This document shows, piece by piece, positions 49,188 through 61,866 of a stretch of 64,000 nt of DNA. The position numbers and the translations under genes are program-made. Location: contig DF236956.1 in the NCBI GenBank assembly GCA_000708835.1, positions 310,001 through 374,000 of the forward strand. Direction: 5' to 3'. Below the pieces are notes generated by a model. That model had not been told where the DNA came from. It searched no databases and worked only from the letters and a program-made list of their open reading frames with translations. The stretch is from Klebsormidium nitens. Taxonomy: Eukaryota > Plantae > Klebsormidiophyceae. The stretch's first letter is position 1. Each line of letters begins with the position of its first letter.

Positions 49188-52100
49188 TCATACATGTGCG
49201 CGACTTCTTGACGTCATCCAGTCCTTGATACAGGCTCTGTTGCTTCTGTTCGCGTTGCTCTCTAGATGAATAGCCTGCCTAGATTTATGAAGATCGGACG
49301 GCCTCCAAGTTGATCTCTTCACCTAACCTCATGCGGCATTTACATACGCTATACAAGACCCCCCACCCGCCCACCCACATAAGCAACCCCATGCCCCCAA
49401 ACCCTAAGCCCCTAGTCATCTGCGAGCGCCCGGCTCATCTCCTCCGCCGTGTAAATGATTCTCTGGCACGCACCATCGCTGCCGAGAACTCCGCTATTCA
49501 TCATTGCACGATCGTACTTCTTGTCGCTAAGCACCGAGAAGCGCACGTCCACCTTCTCGCCGACCGCCGTCTCGAGCACCTCGACCAAGTGCCCCAAACT
49601 CTCGTCCACGCCATCCTCCTCTAGTTCGTCCCAGTACCGGTCAACTTGGTTAACCAGGGTTACGATCTTGGTGTCGGGGAAGCGCGCGCGCACTTGCTGG
49701 TAGAGGTCGGCCACGGAGCGCGTGATGCCGTTGCCGTAGTGGAGCACAAGGACGAAGAAGCTCGGGAGCGAGCGGAAGTTCTGCCAGGCCACGGCCAGCT
49801 CCTGCAGCGGACAAGAGCGCCTTTGGAAACCGTTTAAAAGGCTCTCTATTCCTCTGTTACATCTCAAGCTTTTCAAACTTCCCAAGTCTTCTGTTTACTG
49901 GGCGCAATTTGCAATCTCGAGGGGTCTTGTGGAGGTTTTGACGGGCCTTGATCGTCGTTAAAAACGAGCTGGCAGAGCGGATTGGCGGTCTGTGACGAGG
50001 AAGCCCCTCGATACCGAAAACAAGAGGGGGGCGGGAATCACAACCCAAAGAAGCTGCGTCCGAAAGTCGTCCGGTGTAAGACTGTGACCATCCTTTCTAC
50101 AGAAGTATGATTCAGTGGAACTGTCTCCTAGAATAGGCCCCTCCCTCTTCTTGGCTACTAGGCCCGGCAAAGGACGACTGATCTGGACTTTGATCAAGTA
50201 CGAAACGTCGAAACACATACTATAATAGCAGAGGCGGTTCCTAGCCTGCAAAGAGACGGTTGGCATTCCGTACTTCCCTTCCACTCGCTCTAAGACCCAA
50301 GCGCAGGAGAAATACAGATTCCTAAAAAACTTACGACCTCGACGAATGTCTCAACTCACATCCGAAATGCTGTCACTGCCGGGGCAGTCCAGGATCCATA
50401 GCGTATCCTTGAGCTGGTAGGCGCCAACGCGCTTGGTGTGCGCTTTGATGCCGATGTCCGCCACGCCGACGTCCTTGCGGCCGAGTGCGTCCGCCATTGC
50501 CTTGATCAGCGTGCTCTTACCTGCAAAGAGTCACGGGGAGTCGGCTCGTTCATAGCCTGTAACTTTTGAAAGGTACGTCCATGCTGCGCGAAAAATCCTG
50601 AACAAGACACTTTCCAAGGTGGACACAAAGAGCCGTCCATCCGCAAAATCTTCGAAGTGAAGGTGAAAGGAAGGCTCTGTGACCAGGTTGTTCAAAATAT
50701 CCAGAATGCACAGGTTTTCGCAATTAACCAGATTGGCTGTGTCTCAAAGCAATCAAAACGGTTCCTTTTCATCACGAAAGACACGGGTACACTTCTACGA
50801 AACTGGGACCCTCGTAGCGTCCGGTCACAGCGCTCTGTCGAAGCAAGCCTTACCATGCCAACGGATTCCAGTCGAGAGTGACGAATCGACAGGACTCACT
50901 TGCCAAGCTGCAACACACATGTGTCTGGCAGCCCGGAAGGCCTACCGGAACTTCTTCTGGCTCCAAAACCCACCTGCGTTCTGCGGACCAATGACGCCCA
51001 CGAAGCACGTGTTCCACACCAGGACCTCCAGCTGGTCAACCAGGTCAAGCAGCCTGCGTGGGCACGTCGGAGTCAAACGTCAGCAATGACGGAAGTTGAC
51101 CCACTGGTGACCGCACCAACAAGGACTTGACGCACTAGCTGCTGGCGAAGCTTTCCGTCTCTGATAGTTGCACCTACTGGCTGAGGCGGTGGGTCTTGCA
51201 AGAAGCGAGGCCAGTCAAGCAGTCTGGATGTCTTTGTGAGTTGTAAGCTGGGACCCTTGTGGCAGTAGTCCGAAACTATCAAGCGAACAACCAAAGAAGG
51301 AGGAAGCGAAAACTGAGGCGGCTTAGTAAAGGCGCGCCGCTGTTTGTAAAGGGTGCACTTCAGACGGAAATCAGGGCTGCAGATGTTTGAGTCTGCAGCA
51401 AGGACCAAAGCAGACGACCGCCTCTGAAGCGCGCATATTGTTTTGCCCCATATTGCCTACCTGGCATGCTGCACGAGGGTTTCAATGCTTGCTGACGTCA
51501 AGTTCGTCGTGGCAACCCCACAGATGCGAGCCGACCGCCCTGCGTGCTCCGCCGTCAGCTTTGCAACAATCTCTGCATTGGGAAGCGCTGCGAGGTCCAG
51601 CTCCCTCCATTTGGACAGCATGCGTGCCTTGAGGACGTCCGGGTCCTCGATGGGCTCATCTGAAAGGTCCAAATGTAAGCTTCAGTTTACTTGACATGTC
51701 ACGAAAGTGAGAACTTGAGAACGAGAAGTATTTTCAACACGAGTAGACGACCAGAAGTTTCTCAACACGAGTAGACCACCAATTCAATAGTCTGCGCAAC
51801 GCAGGAATGCCAGAGTCCTTCAGAGACCTTCTGAACAACCTGGAGGGCACCAATAACGGTATTCCAAAAAAAACAGGTCACAGAAAGAGTGCACTCGGTT
51901 CGATGCTAGATGTCAAACTTTGAAGACCTTCGGCTCTAAACAATTCTCTTAGGAAGAAAAGTACAATAGTATGTAGCAAGGATGACCTCACAATTGAGAG
52001 CTGGCTTTTTGGGAACAGAAAGACAGAGACAAAAACCAAGTTTGCCGACCCTGGTGATGCAATTACTCATAGCTGGGACACAACAAGCAACCAGAACTTG

Positions 52101-54558
52101 CAATGCAAGCCTGAAGATGCAGACTGCTTGATGCAAATCCAAGTTGCGACGTCATACTGACGAGTCCGTCAGGTCCTCACATGGCGTCCCCGAGCCCTCC
52201 GTCAAGTACCCCAGCATGCAATCGAGCATCTTGAGCCGTGCCACCTGGCCGACTTTGACTGGCCGGCAGTGCGCCTTGAACATGTCCAAGACCCCCAAAG
52301 AAGCAGCGGTCGCCCCAGGCACAACTGCACCCAGGCCACACAGGCTGGCGACTCCGCTTGCGGCCTCGACGGCCGCAGAAGCGGCGCTGATGGCGGTGGG
52401 GTTGAAGAAGATGTTGTACCTGAAACAAGGTTGGTAGTGACTCAGTCTTGAGCACAGCGGATTACTTTCTCAAGCAGACGTTCGAGATGCAGAGCATTTG
52501 TACCGCGATGGTTCCTCCGGACCCTCTGTCAGATTTCTTGTACTGCGTGCGCGAGTTTCTCCTGTTGGAACAAGCAGGAACTTGGTTTCCAGAGACTTAT
52601 TCTCAGCTTTTTCTGTGAGAAGGGGGATGCAGTCCGAGTTCTGCTTATATGTATCATATGGGTTGGACACATGCTATTCTTACTCCCAAGAAATGGAAGA
52701 CCATGACTGGACAGTGAGTTCGAAGAGCATAAGCTGATGGCTTCTGAGGCTGAGTGAGTCTGATACTTAATATTTACGGCTTGAAAGTGTCTCACTTCAT
52801 TATGAGAGCTTTTGGCTTGTCAAAAAATGAGGGCGCCTGTGAACAAAGCAACAATCAGTAGCATCGTTAGCAACTGTTATCAACAATTGACGGTATATCG
52901 AGCAATTGCTGAACAGTCTCTACCTAACAATACATTGCATCAAAAATACTAGGACTACCCCACGTTATAGTCTTCTAAACAATCTAATATGCCATGTGAA
53001 GGCAACTAAGACCAGGTCCGAAACCACTCACGCAGTGTATGCACTGGCCAGACTGGCCTCCGCCGCTAGCACTGCGGCCCCCGCCCCAACAAACAGGAGA
53101 GCGCTCATCCCTCCCACCGTGCCAAGGAACTGCATTCTTTTCTTGCGCCTCTCCCGAGCCTTCTCTTCAGCTTGCGTCAGCTGGACGCGCACCTCAGTCA
53201 ACCTAAGGGCCTCAGTAACCTTGCCAAAGAAACCTTCCAGGGCTGTCATCACCGTTGCAGACTCTGTGAGGAGATGGAACCGGAGGGGTCATCATGTGAA
53301 GTGACGAAACAGGAGGTGAAGGTTAACAGATGCCTTGGACAACCTCTGAAAGCCAACTGAATCTAGGAGAGACAAAATGGTTTGAGTCCTGTAAAGGTTG
53401 CCAGGTCGGTTGGCAGGTTGGCAAAAGGAGCCTTTATATTCAAGACATGCACGAATGGGTCACAAACTGCTCTTTAGTAACAATTCTGCAACTTTGTCAA
53501 GCAGCTTGACAATCCTAATAATTATAAGTGCTTAAACCTTTTTCAGAAAGACTGCATTGGCACATCAACATAACAAACTTCAAAGCTTTGGTTCGATCCC
53601 GGTGTTGTTGAGCATTGAAAGACAGCGAGTGGCAAGCAGCCATACAAATGCATGTCATGATGCAGAATCTAGATAGGTTACTCCGCAGTTGTTACAAGTG
53701 ACCTGAACAAACGCTGAGCAGCCCGCTCAGCAATCACAAAGACAGTCAAAGAGTTATCAAGCAAATGTGCACATTAGCAGTTGGCTTCTCACCGGCCTTC
53801 TCTGCTGTCTGAACCTTCAATGTGTCGTGCACAGTTGGGATGCCATCCAATGGGCCTCCGACCGTCTCCTCCAACCGCATCAAAAGCTCAATGGTTGCCA
53901 AAGCCGCACCCTGCTCACTCGCCTTTGGCAGGCTCTTCTGAAGGAGCGCGAGCTCTGTCACCTTCCTCAGGATCACCAGTGTGGCGGTGTTATCCTCCTC
54001 CTTCAAATCAGCTTCCTTCCCCTCCTCAGAAACCTCCGCAAGGACTTCTCTTGCAGTTTCAATCGCAGTCTTCGCGATTACACTATCGATGGTCATTGGG
54101 GCCCAGTCCAGCCCCGACTGCATCATCTGCTGTGTCTCCTGCTGACCTTGGCTTTGTTCCTCCTGCTGAGCCTGGCTTTGTTCTTCTCGCTGTGCCTCCA
54201 GCGACTCTGCTGAATTCGACACCTCAGGCTTGATCACTGAGCTCTGCAGATCGGGTTCTGGAAGTGGAAGACTGGGAGGGTTTGCAATTGGACCAGCTTC
54301 TGGTGACTGCGACAGACTCTCCTCATCATGTCTCAACATGACGCTGGGTCTTTGCTGCAATGGGGGGTTTCTAGGCCGCTCCCTTGGCACGATATCAATG
54401 TCCAGGTTTGTTAAGTACTCCAGAACCAAAGCATTGCTTGCTGCAGACTCCGAGGTTGTGGACGCCGCGGACGAAGGAGGCTTCTGGTCGCCAGCATCTG
54501 TGACCAGCTCCCACTCCATCAGGTTCTCCATGACAAGCGACTCGACACCACCACCCAT
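49188..54558 (-). CDS. Uncharacterised P-loop GTPase (TRAFAC-type C-terminal G domain) with acidic/Gln-rich N-terminus and two hydrophobic segments; exons about 54558-53793, 53263-53032, 52421-52181, 51659-51461, 51053-50974, 50520-50360, 49801-49474, 49261-49188
   Basis: G1 GPQNAGKST (split by an intron) after beta-strand CFVGVIG, G2-like HT, G3 WILDCPG, G4-like LVNQVD. GT-AG phases are consistent. Linkage of the N-terminal exons is less certain. Confidence 0.7.
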
Positions 54559-55051
54559 TTGCTTCAAGTGAGGGAAGTCGGCTTCAAAGGCCAGGCGATG
54601 CTGGACCTTTTAATGGCGAGAGACGTGCATCAGAAGTGAGTGCTTGGCTCGAACATGAGAGAGCGCGCTCCAAACAAAACTAGCTCCTCAGCTTCACTGA
54701 GCAGCTCAGCTCAGCTTTGCTGCTGGCCCCTCGAATTTTCCCCGTTTTCCTTCTTGATCAGGGAGGTTAAGCAGTCGGTAAGACCTCGGCTAAGCCCCTA
54801 ACCTGCTCTAACCCTGTTTCACTCGCCTTGTGGAGCTTCACCCTACCGGGTTTTGAAAGTGGGTTATATCCAGGTAGATGTAACGTGTTGATGCACCAGG
54901 CTGCTGCAGTATGAATCAGATTCATGGCTGTCAAGCAAGAGAGGAGGAGGCTTCTAAAAGATAGGTGAACAGCAATCCTTACACGTTTTGTACAGGAGCT
55001 GCAGGCAATTGTCCTTCCTTCTTTCCCCATCCTCACAGCGACGACGTTCTC

Positions 55052-58000
55052 ATGGGGTGTGCTGCCGGCAAAACCAGCGCGGTTGACGACAAGGAACCGG
55101 GGCCTCAAGTCTTCTCCCCAGGCCTGAGGCACCCCTCCAGTGATGCGAACTTTCGTGTGGAGCTGAGCGGGAAAGCCAGTGACCCCCTTGTGGAGACACT
55201 GAGCACACTTCGCACCAGAGTTGGTGCCACCCTAAATGGAGCCACCAAACCACCTTCAGGTGAATCGCATTGGACTGTCTTTTGACTTTGTTGATGTCTC
55301 TCTTGCCAGCATTTGAAAGGTCTGAAGAAGATTTCTCAAACCTGTGGAGTGGATGATTGCTCTGATTGTGGTCTTGGCCACTTAGAAACCTGTGGCACTT
55401 GGTGGTTGGGTCATCAAGTAGACATACTTGCAGAAAGAAGCGGAGTGGTTCGTGGGTGCAGCTTGAAGTACTTCGCCGCGATTTAGTTCCATCAGTCTCT
55501 TGATACTAGTGAATATCAACGGGGCAGTATCACTGATACATATAGAAGTGGGGAAGCCTACCGACCACTTTGGCATGCCTCGAAACCACTTTGCCCAGCC
55601 ACATGTCAGTTTGATTAACCCCTCGTTTCCACCCATGTTCGAGAAGTACTTCTGCATCCTGCAGGGCTCCACGGATTTTGAGTCGCTTGTCAACTTTGCT
55701 TCTGTTCGTAAGAGCTCCCAGTCAAAGGGGTGACCAAAAGTTTCTCATCAACCTCCCCAATTCGCTGCCCCGGAGCCTTGCCAGCTCACCCGCTCCAACT
55801 TGTCCTTGGAACTTTATTCCTGGTCCTCCTGGGGCAGCCGTAAGGTGGNNNNNNNNNNNNNNNNNNNNNNNNNNNNNNNNNNNNNNNNNNNNNNNNNNNN
55901 NNNNNNNNNNNNNNNNNNNNNNNNNNNNNNNNNNNNNNNNNNNNNNNNNNNNNNNNNNNNNNNNNNNNNNNNNNNNNNNNNNNNNNNNNNNNNNNNNNNN
56001 NNNNNNNNNNNNNNNNNNNNNNNNNNNNNNNNNNNNNNNNNNNNNNNNNNNNNNNNNNNNNNNNNNNNNNNNNNNNNNNNNNNNNNNNNNNNNNNNNNNN
56101 NNNNNNNNNNNNNNNNNNNNNNNNNNNNNNNNNNNNNNNNNNNNNNNNNNNNNNNNNNNNNNNNNNNNNNNNNNNNNNNNNNNNNNNNNNNNNNNNNNNN
56201 NNNNNNNNNNNNNNNNNNNNNNNNNNNNNNNNNNNNNNNNNNNNNNNNNNNNNNNNNNNNNNNNNNNNNNNNNNNNNNNNNNNNNNNNNNNNNNNNNNNN
56301 NNNNNNNNNNNNNNNNNNNNNNNNNNNNNNNNNNNNNNNNNNNNNNNNNNNNNNNNNNNNNNNNNNNNNNNNNNNNNNNNNNNNNNNNNNNNNNNNNNNN
56401 NNNNNNNNNNNNNNNNNNNNNNNNNNNNNNNNNNNNNNNNNNNNNNNNNNNNNNNNNNNNNNNNNNNNNNNNNNNNNNNNNNNNNNNNNNNNNNNNNNNN
56501 NNNNNNNNNNNNNNNNNNNNNNNNNNNNNNNNNNNNNNNNNNNNNNNNNNNNNNNNNNNNNNNNNNNNNNNNNNNNNNNNNNNNNNNNNNNNNNNNNNNN
56601 NNNNNNNNNNNNNNNNNNNNNNNNNNNNNNNNNNNNNNNNNNNNNNNNNNNNNNNNNNNNNNNNNNNNNNNNNNNNNNNNNNNNNNNNNNNNNNNNNNNN
56701 NNNNNNNNNNNNNNNNNNNNNNNNNNNNNNNNNNNNNNNNNNNNNNNNNNNNNNNNCCACCACAACGCGGAGTGCTTGTTACGGTTATTGATAACCTTCA
56801 TATCAGCTTTGGTCATACTGGTGATCAAACAGTGCAAGGAATTTTGAAAGGCGACTTACGGTTGATTGTGTTCACCCATGCTCATGCAGGCCCGTATCTT
56901 CAGCCACTTGTTGAGGAGAACAGTCCCGTTCTGCTGGGCCTAGCTTCGTCAGACTAACTTGACACAGCTGCTAGATTCGTCAATCAGAGGGGTGCCAAGA
57001 TCTGTAAACAACCCCACGAATATGTCATACTGACTATCCTCGACCGCCATCTTACAGGCCCCTCACTTCAACCCGTTCTTGAGGAATACATCCCCGTCCT
57101 GTTGGGTCTGACGAAATTAGAGTCACTCGACACGGCCGTCAATCTCGGCTGGACCAATCACTTGGCTCGGGACTCGGCCACGGAGTTGCGCAGCGCCAAG
57201 TATGAGCTGGTGTCAATACTCCAAGTGATGGCGGTCGCGTTCGTTGAAGACGCAGGGAGGGCGTTACAGACCCAGGGGGATAAGGAAGGTACGAATTCAT
57301 CTCAACCTATCACTGTCTCTTCGAACTCGCCCTGTTTGAGTTGCAGGTTGTGTGAGCTGAGGCAGAGGTGACAAGGTTTTTCGAATCTTGCCATCTAATG
57401 TTCGATGGGCCAAGCGAAACGCGTTTTGTATGGCATCCCCTTCTGCGTAATTTTGTGGTCGTTTCGACTCTCTTCCGTGCACTTGCTTTCGGATCCTTGC
57501 GACCCTTGTCTTCAGTACGTTGCCCTTCGATCTCTTTGTCTTTCCCAGGACACCTGCTCCGTTCTTTTTTTCTTTTCTGTGAATCGGTCTTTCAGCTATG
57601 CTGGCACTAGGAGTTTGTTCTGCGCAATCAGTTTGTGAACCCTTCAACGTCGGGTATTTCAAGTCTTCTGACATCTTCATGAAAGCGTCAGCAACGAAAT
57701 GGAGAGCTGTATCTGATTCGACTATATTCGTTAATTATGAGAAGCTCTGGCGGAAAACCACTTGTGGTATCTGGCGTGCCTTGCCCAAACGTGGCCAGTC
57801 AAGACATTTAGGCGGCAGCCTGAACTGTAGCTTAGCTTTAAGCTCTGAGTACTCCTTCTCAAGGAGAGTCTCTCCAAACAGTTCCTACCCGAAAATGGGA
57901 ATCAATCTGGATTCCCAGAAAAACTCTCACGAGACGACTGTTCGGATACTTTCTTCCTAATATCTCCGGTCAATCTCAAAAAGAATCATTTTTGATTCGG

Positions 58001-61000
58001 ATTTTCTTGCAGTCGGCCTGGCAGAAATGAAGGCAGCCTTCGCGGCCCTACTGAAAGCGGCGGGGATTTTGCAGCAGAGCATCGGGAGTGTGCTGCCCAA
58101 CGAGATGGATGTACACGCTAGGTAAGCAAAACGTTTCTTGACGGTCGTTGTTATTGTGGAGAGCATTGCTGCATTCGGAGCGGATTGCCCTCAAGGTGAG
58201 GAAGAATATTTAAATTGGCGCTTTCTGGCATCCGAATATGTTTCGTGAACACTCGCATCTAAGTCCGGAACACGTTTTGTACCTGCCTCCAGCTCGGAAC
58301 ACGAGCTGTCGCTTTCTCATTTTCGACCCGTCACCTATTGCTCGAGCAGAGTGTTTCTCTCTCCCTCAAGAGAGACAGAATTGTTGCTGTAAGCAGCGGG
58401 AAGAGTATCGGCGGAGTTAGACCGTGGACGAAGTCAAATCACGACGAACTCAAGGCAGATACGAAGCTCGTCGATACCTGAGCTTCGCAAATTCAGACAA
58501 GAATGTTGGGAACGTTGAGAAGAGTCTCGCGATCGAGAAGCGCTAAGGTTCGCTGTCCTCTTCTGCACGGGCCTTTGAAAGGGGTCATGATACACGATGT
58601 AACGACACTCGGCTCAATGAAGCATCTACCGAGCAGCGCCTTATTACTTGACGCGATCTACGGCGCATTCCGTAAAGCGAAACGCCCTATTGGAGTCCTC
58701 CAAGTGCCTCTTATGGAACAGAATCTCTGCTCACGGCATTCTTACATGCCTCCTAGACGAACTCCGCTGGTGACGTCACTTTAGTGTGCTTGTGGTGCTG
58801 TTGTGGGAGTGATAATAACGGTGCTAGGAGCCATCGACGAACACAGGCTCGGTTTCAATGAGCTATCTTTTGCAAGATGAGTTTCAAGTTTGAAGCTTCC
58901 CTGCTGACAAGATTCTCGACACGGTTCTGCAGGACAAACCTCCCCGCTGACGTCACCCCCGGCGCCCTGAAGGCGCTGTTCCGGCAGTGCCTGGCGCAGG
59001 CGGCGGAGCTGCAGCTGCAGCTGGACCGGAGCAAGGAGGACGTGCCACCTGCCACGCGGCGGGATGTGGCGTGCGAGGCGGTCGTGCACTGGGGCGAGGT
59101 GAGAGTTGTACACTTCAATTCGTGGACAATAAGCCCAGTGGCCTCGATCTGACAAAACGACCGAAACCAAAGGTTTACGAGCTCTACCCCTGTACCCAAC
59201 ACTACCCCCTAACTAACCTTCCACTATTTCTCTTTCAAAGCCTACCAGCCAGTTCGGTTTTGAGTGATGCCGACTGCAATACTTTAGCCGTCCAAAAGTC
59301 GAAAATGGCAGAATTGAAAAGCCCGGATCTTGTTGATTGGCACTCACAAAACGTTGGGGCACGGCGGGTGGGTTTAGATATAACCCACACAAGGGCGGCG
59401 AGGGCAAAGGAAACTATTTGAATGTAGCCTGACTGCGGTGTCGCTGTTAAGCCAGCCAGATGCGACAAAGGTGTGATACTGTTGAGCGACTGTTGGACAA
59501 CTTTTGGCGCTCGGAGTATCCTTTTGGAGCCACTGGCCAGACGCCCTCTCCGAGAGCGACAGACCTCTACATACTCTGGTTGCAGAGGCCAAGGGGCTCT
59601 CAATCCAACCGTCAAAACGGCTTCGAAATTCTATCACAAGGATTCAGCTGTCTGTGCGCCCATGGCCGATTGTGAGACGGAATGCTTCGATATTGCAGGC
59701 CCGGGAATCGATGGCGACCGTATCTACCGGCGGTCCGCTGTTCGAGAAGTGGCTGGCATACGTCAAGTGGCGGCAAACGCTCGCCAAGGTAAAAACCGCT
59801 CAAAAGGGCTTTGGCACCCCGGTTTCCACATGTTGACTAGTTTCTGGGGGAAAAGTTGGCCTCAAAGGGTTTCGATTTGCGGCTGGCAAGAGTCGAAGTG
59901 GTTGCCCGACTGCATTGTGTACATTTTGGGCCTTGACTGTGGGGCTCGTGTGCCCGACGCACTTTCACCTATTCAAACGTTTTAATCTCCGGTATTTTTC
60001 TTAATATGAGTTCATCCGTGAGACCAGATGCAGGAAGTTCTTTGAGCGAAATAAGCATTTGAAAATCGAGTAGAGTCCATTTCTTGCTTGAAATGCTCCG
60101 GAAATTGCATGCTTTTTCCTTGCATGGTATCCATCACTCTTCTGACTGAGCCAAAAGCTCCTATTTTCTGAAATAATTAACTAACCCTCCATTGGTTGCC
60201 CCCAGAGTATTGCACCTTACGATCGCAGTCCCTCTGCTCGCAGGCTGTGGCTTACCAGCACAAGGGGCACACAATCTTATGTGCAATCTTATGTCGGATT
60301 AAATCAAAGAATGGCCCCAGCTTGCTCACACTTTGTCGAACCTTACGAGCGCAGTCCTCTACTCCCAGGCTGTCGCATATCATCAAGAGGGCCTCATTTT
60401 GGACGAGAAGGAAGACAAGGGGACGCACGGCAAGGCGGTCAAGGCGCTGAAGACGGCGGAGGAGCTGCTGAAAGAGAGCGAAGCCTTCTTGAAAGAGTTC
60501 AGTGAGAAGCAGCCGGCGACCATGTGAGTCCGAAACAACTCGGTTTCCAGAGTACCTACGTTTTCCAGTTCGCCTTCCGGTGAGCTTTGCCATATAAGAG
60601 TGCTTCAGGAAGCGCTCCTTCGCGCAGCGGGACACGACAAGTATGCTGAGATTACAAACCCTCTGCAAAAAGGCCCCACAGACACGTGAGGAGCCTCCGA
60701 ATGCGACGTGTTCGTGTTTTGAACGTAGGATCTGGACCTCTTTTGGATAAGCAATCTCCGAGTCGGACTTGCCGGCGCGTTGCATCCGGTCAGGCCTCAG
60801 GAAACATCAGGCACTGCAAGACATATGAGTGTGCTCGCACTAAATAGAGGATTGGATACCGACGCATTTGCATATTGCACCTTATGATAAGCAGGTCAAA
60901 TTCCAAGAAGGTCGGAAGTATCATCAAATGTTGGCGATACAGGAAAACCAAGCGCTTAACTTCTCGACGCCTGCTCCTGTCATGGCTGCCCGCGCATCCT

Positions 61001-61866
61001 TCCCTGCTGTGGGGGTTATTTTCATGGCCTTAAGTAGCGTTCCGCTTTTATGTTCTGCAGGCCGGTAACTGCATCCCCACTCATCAAGGACCTCAGAGAA
61101 CGCTTGCCAAAGGACTCCGGAAAGATTGGCCGGTTCAATACGAACGTCTACTATGAAAAGTGAGCTCATCCTTATTGATAGCAGGGGTTTGATTTTAGTG
61201 AGACCTACCCAGATTGTGTTCTGTGACACACCTCGTGAGCTTTGCCCGGGCGCTTTACCTGTTGCGGCCTCAGCACTCGTTCAGTTGAACTTGCGAGCCT
61301 GTTTGCAAGCTTCGCTTGGTTGCTCGATCAGTTTGTTAGCTCGAAAATCCACCCCTGTCGTGAGTTCAAATCGCAACAGTGTTCTGCTCAAAACCCGCCG
61401 CCTGAGGCTTTGATGCTCCGTCCAAGTATGGACGACCCATATTGGCGACGCCCGTTACTTGTTTGCTTGCCCTTTTGTTACATGGATCTGCTTTCCGTAG
61501 TGTTGCTGTTGATATCCTCAGAGATCTTTTACGAAAGACCGCGTGTTTGCCATACTTTCTCCTGGTCCATTTTTCTGACCGCAAGATGTGCATCTCTGCA
61601 GGGAGCCTGACGACCCTCCCGAGTTGCCCAAGCCCTCGTTCACCATCAAACCGGAGCCCTACACCTTGCCAGAAATTGACCGGGCTTGGGGGAGCTCTAG
61701 TTCTGGTGATAGTGGGGGTTCGCATGCTGTACGTCCGCCAATAACCGAAACCGAGGTGCCGCTTTCCGTTTCAGGTCAAGGAGAGATGTCGAAACCAAGT
61801 TCAAAAGTTGAGGCTGCTCCAGAGGTTAGAGTAGAAACTAAGACCGAGGCAGTTGCAGCTTCCTGA
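55052..61866 (+). CDS. BRO1-domain protein, plant BROX-like; exons 55052-55259, 57058-57288, 58013-58121, 58933-59098, 59699-59788, 60369-60523, 61061-61159, 61602-61866
   Basis: MGC..K start (myristoylation/palmitoylation-like), VFSPGLR, LVETLSTLRTRV, LEEYIPVLLGL, GWTN..YELVSIL, LLKAAG, LPADV..ALKAL..LAQA, YVKW..AKAVAYHQEGLILDE, IKPEPYTLPEID. This matches my recollection of the land-plant BRO1-only family layout. Confidence 0.88.
55849..56757. other. Assembly gap (N run) in intron 1 of the BRO1 gene
   Basis: 909 N bases; exon 1 (phase 1) joins 57058 in frame across it. Confidence 1.

Noticed and set aside
51205-51230. Possible shadow acceptor CAG|ACTGCTTGAC-TGG for the GTPase exon at 51053 (CAG|GCTGCTTGACCTGG)
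   Set aside because: Only about 13 nt of similarity; too short to distinguish from chance.
57297-57680. 127-aa Lys/Arg-rich antisense ORF in BRO1 intron 2
   Set aside because: No recognisable homology or splice context.
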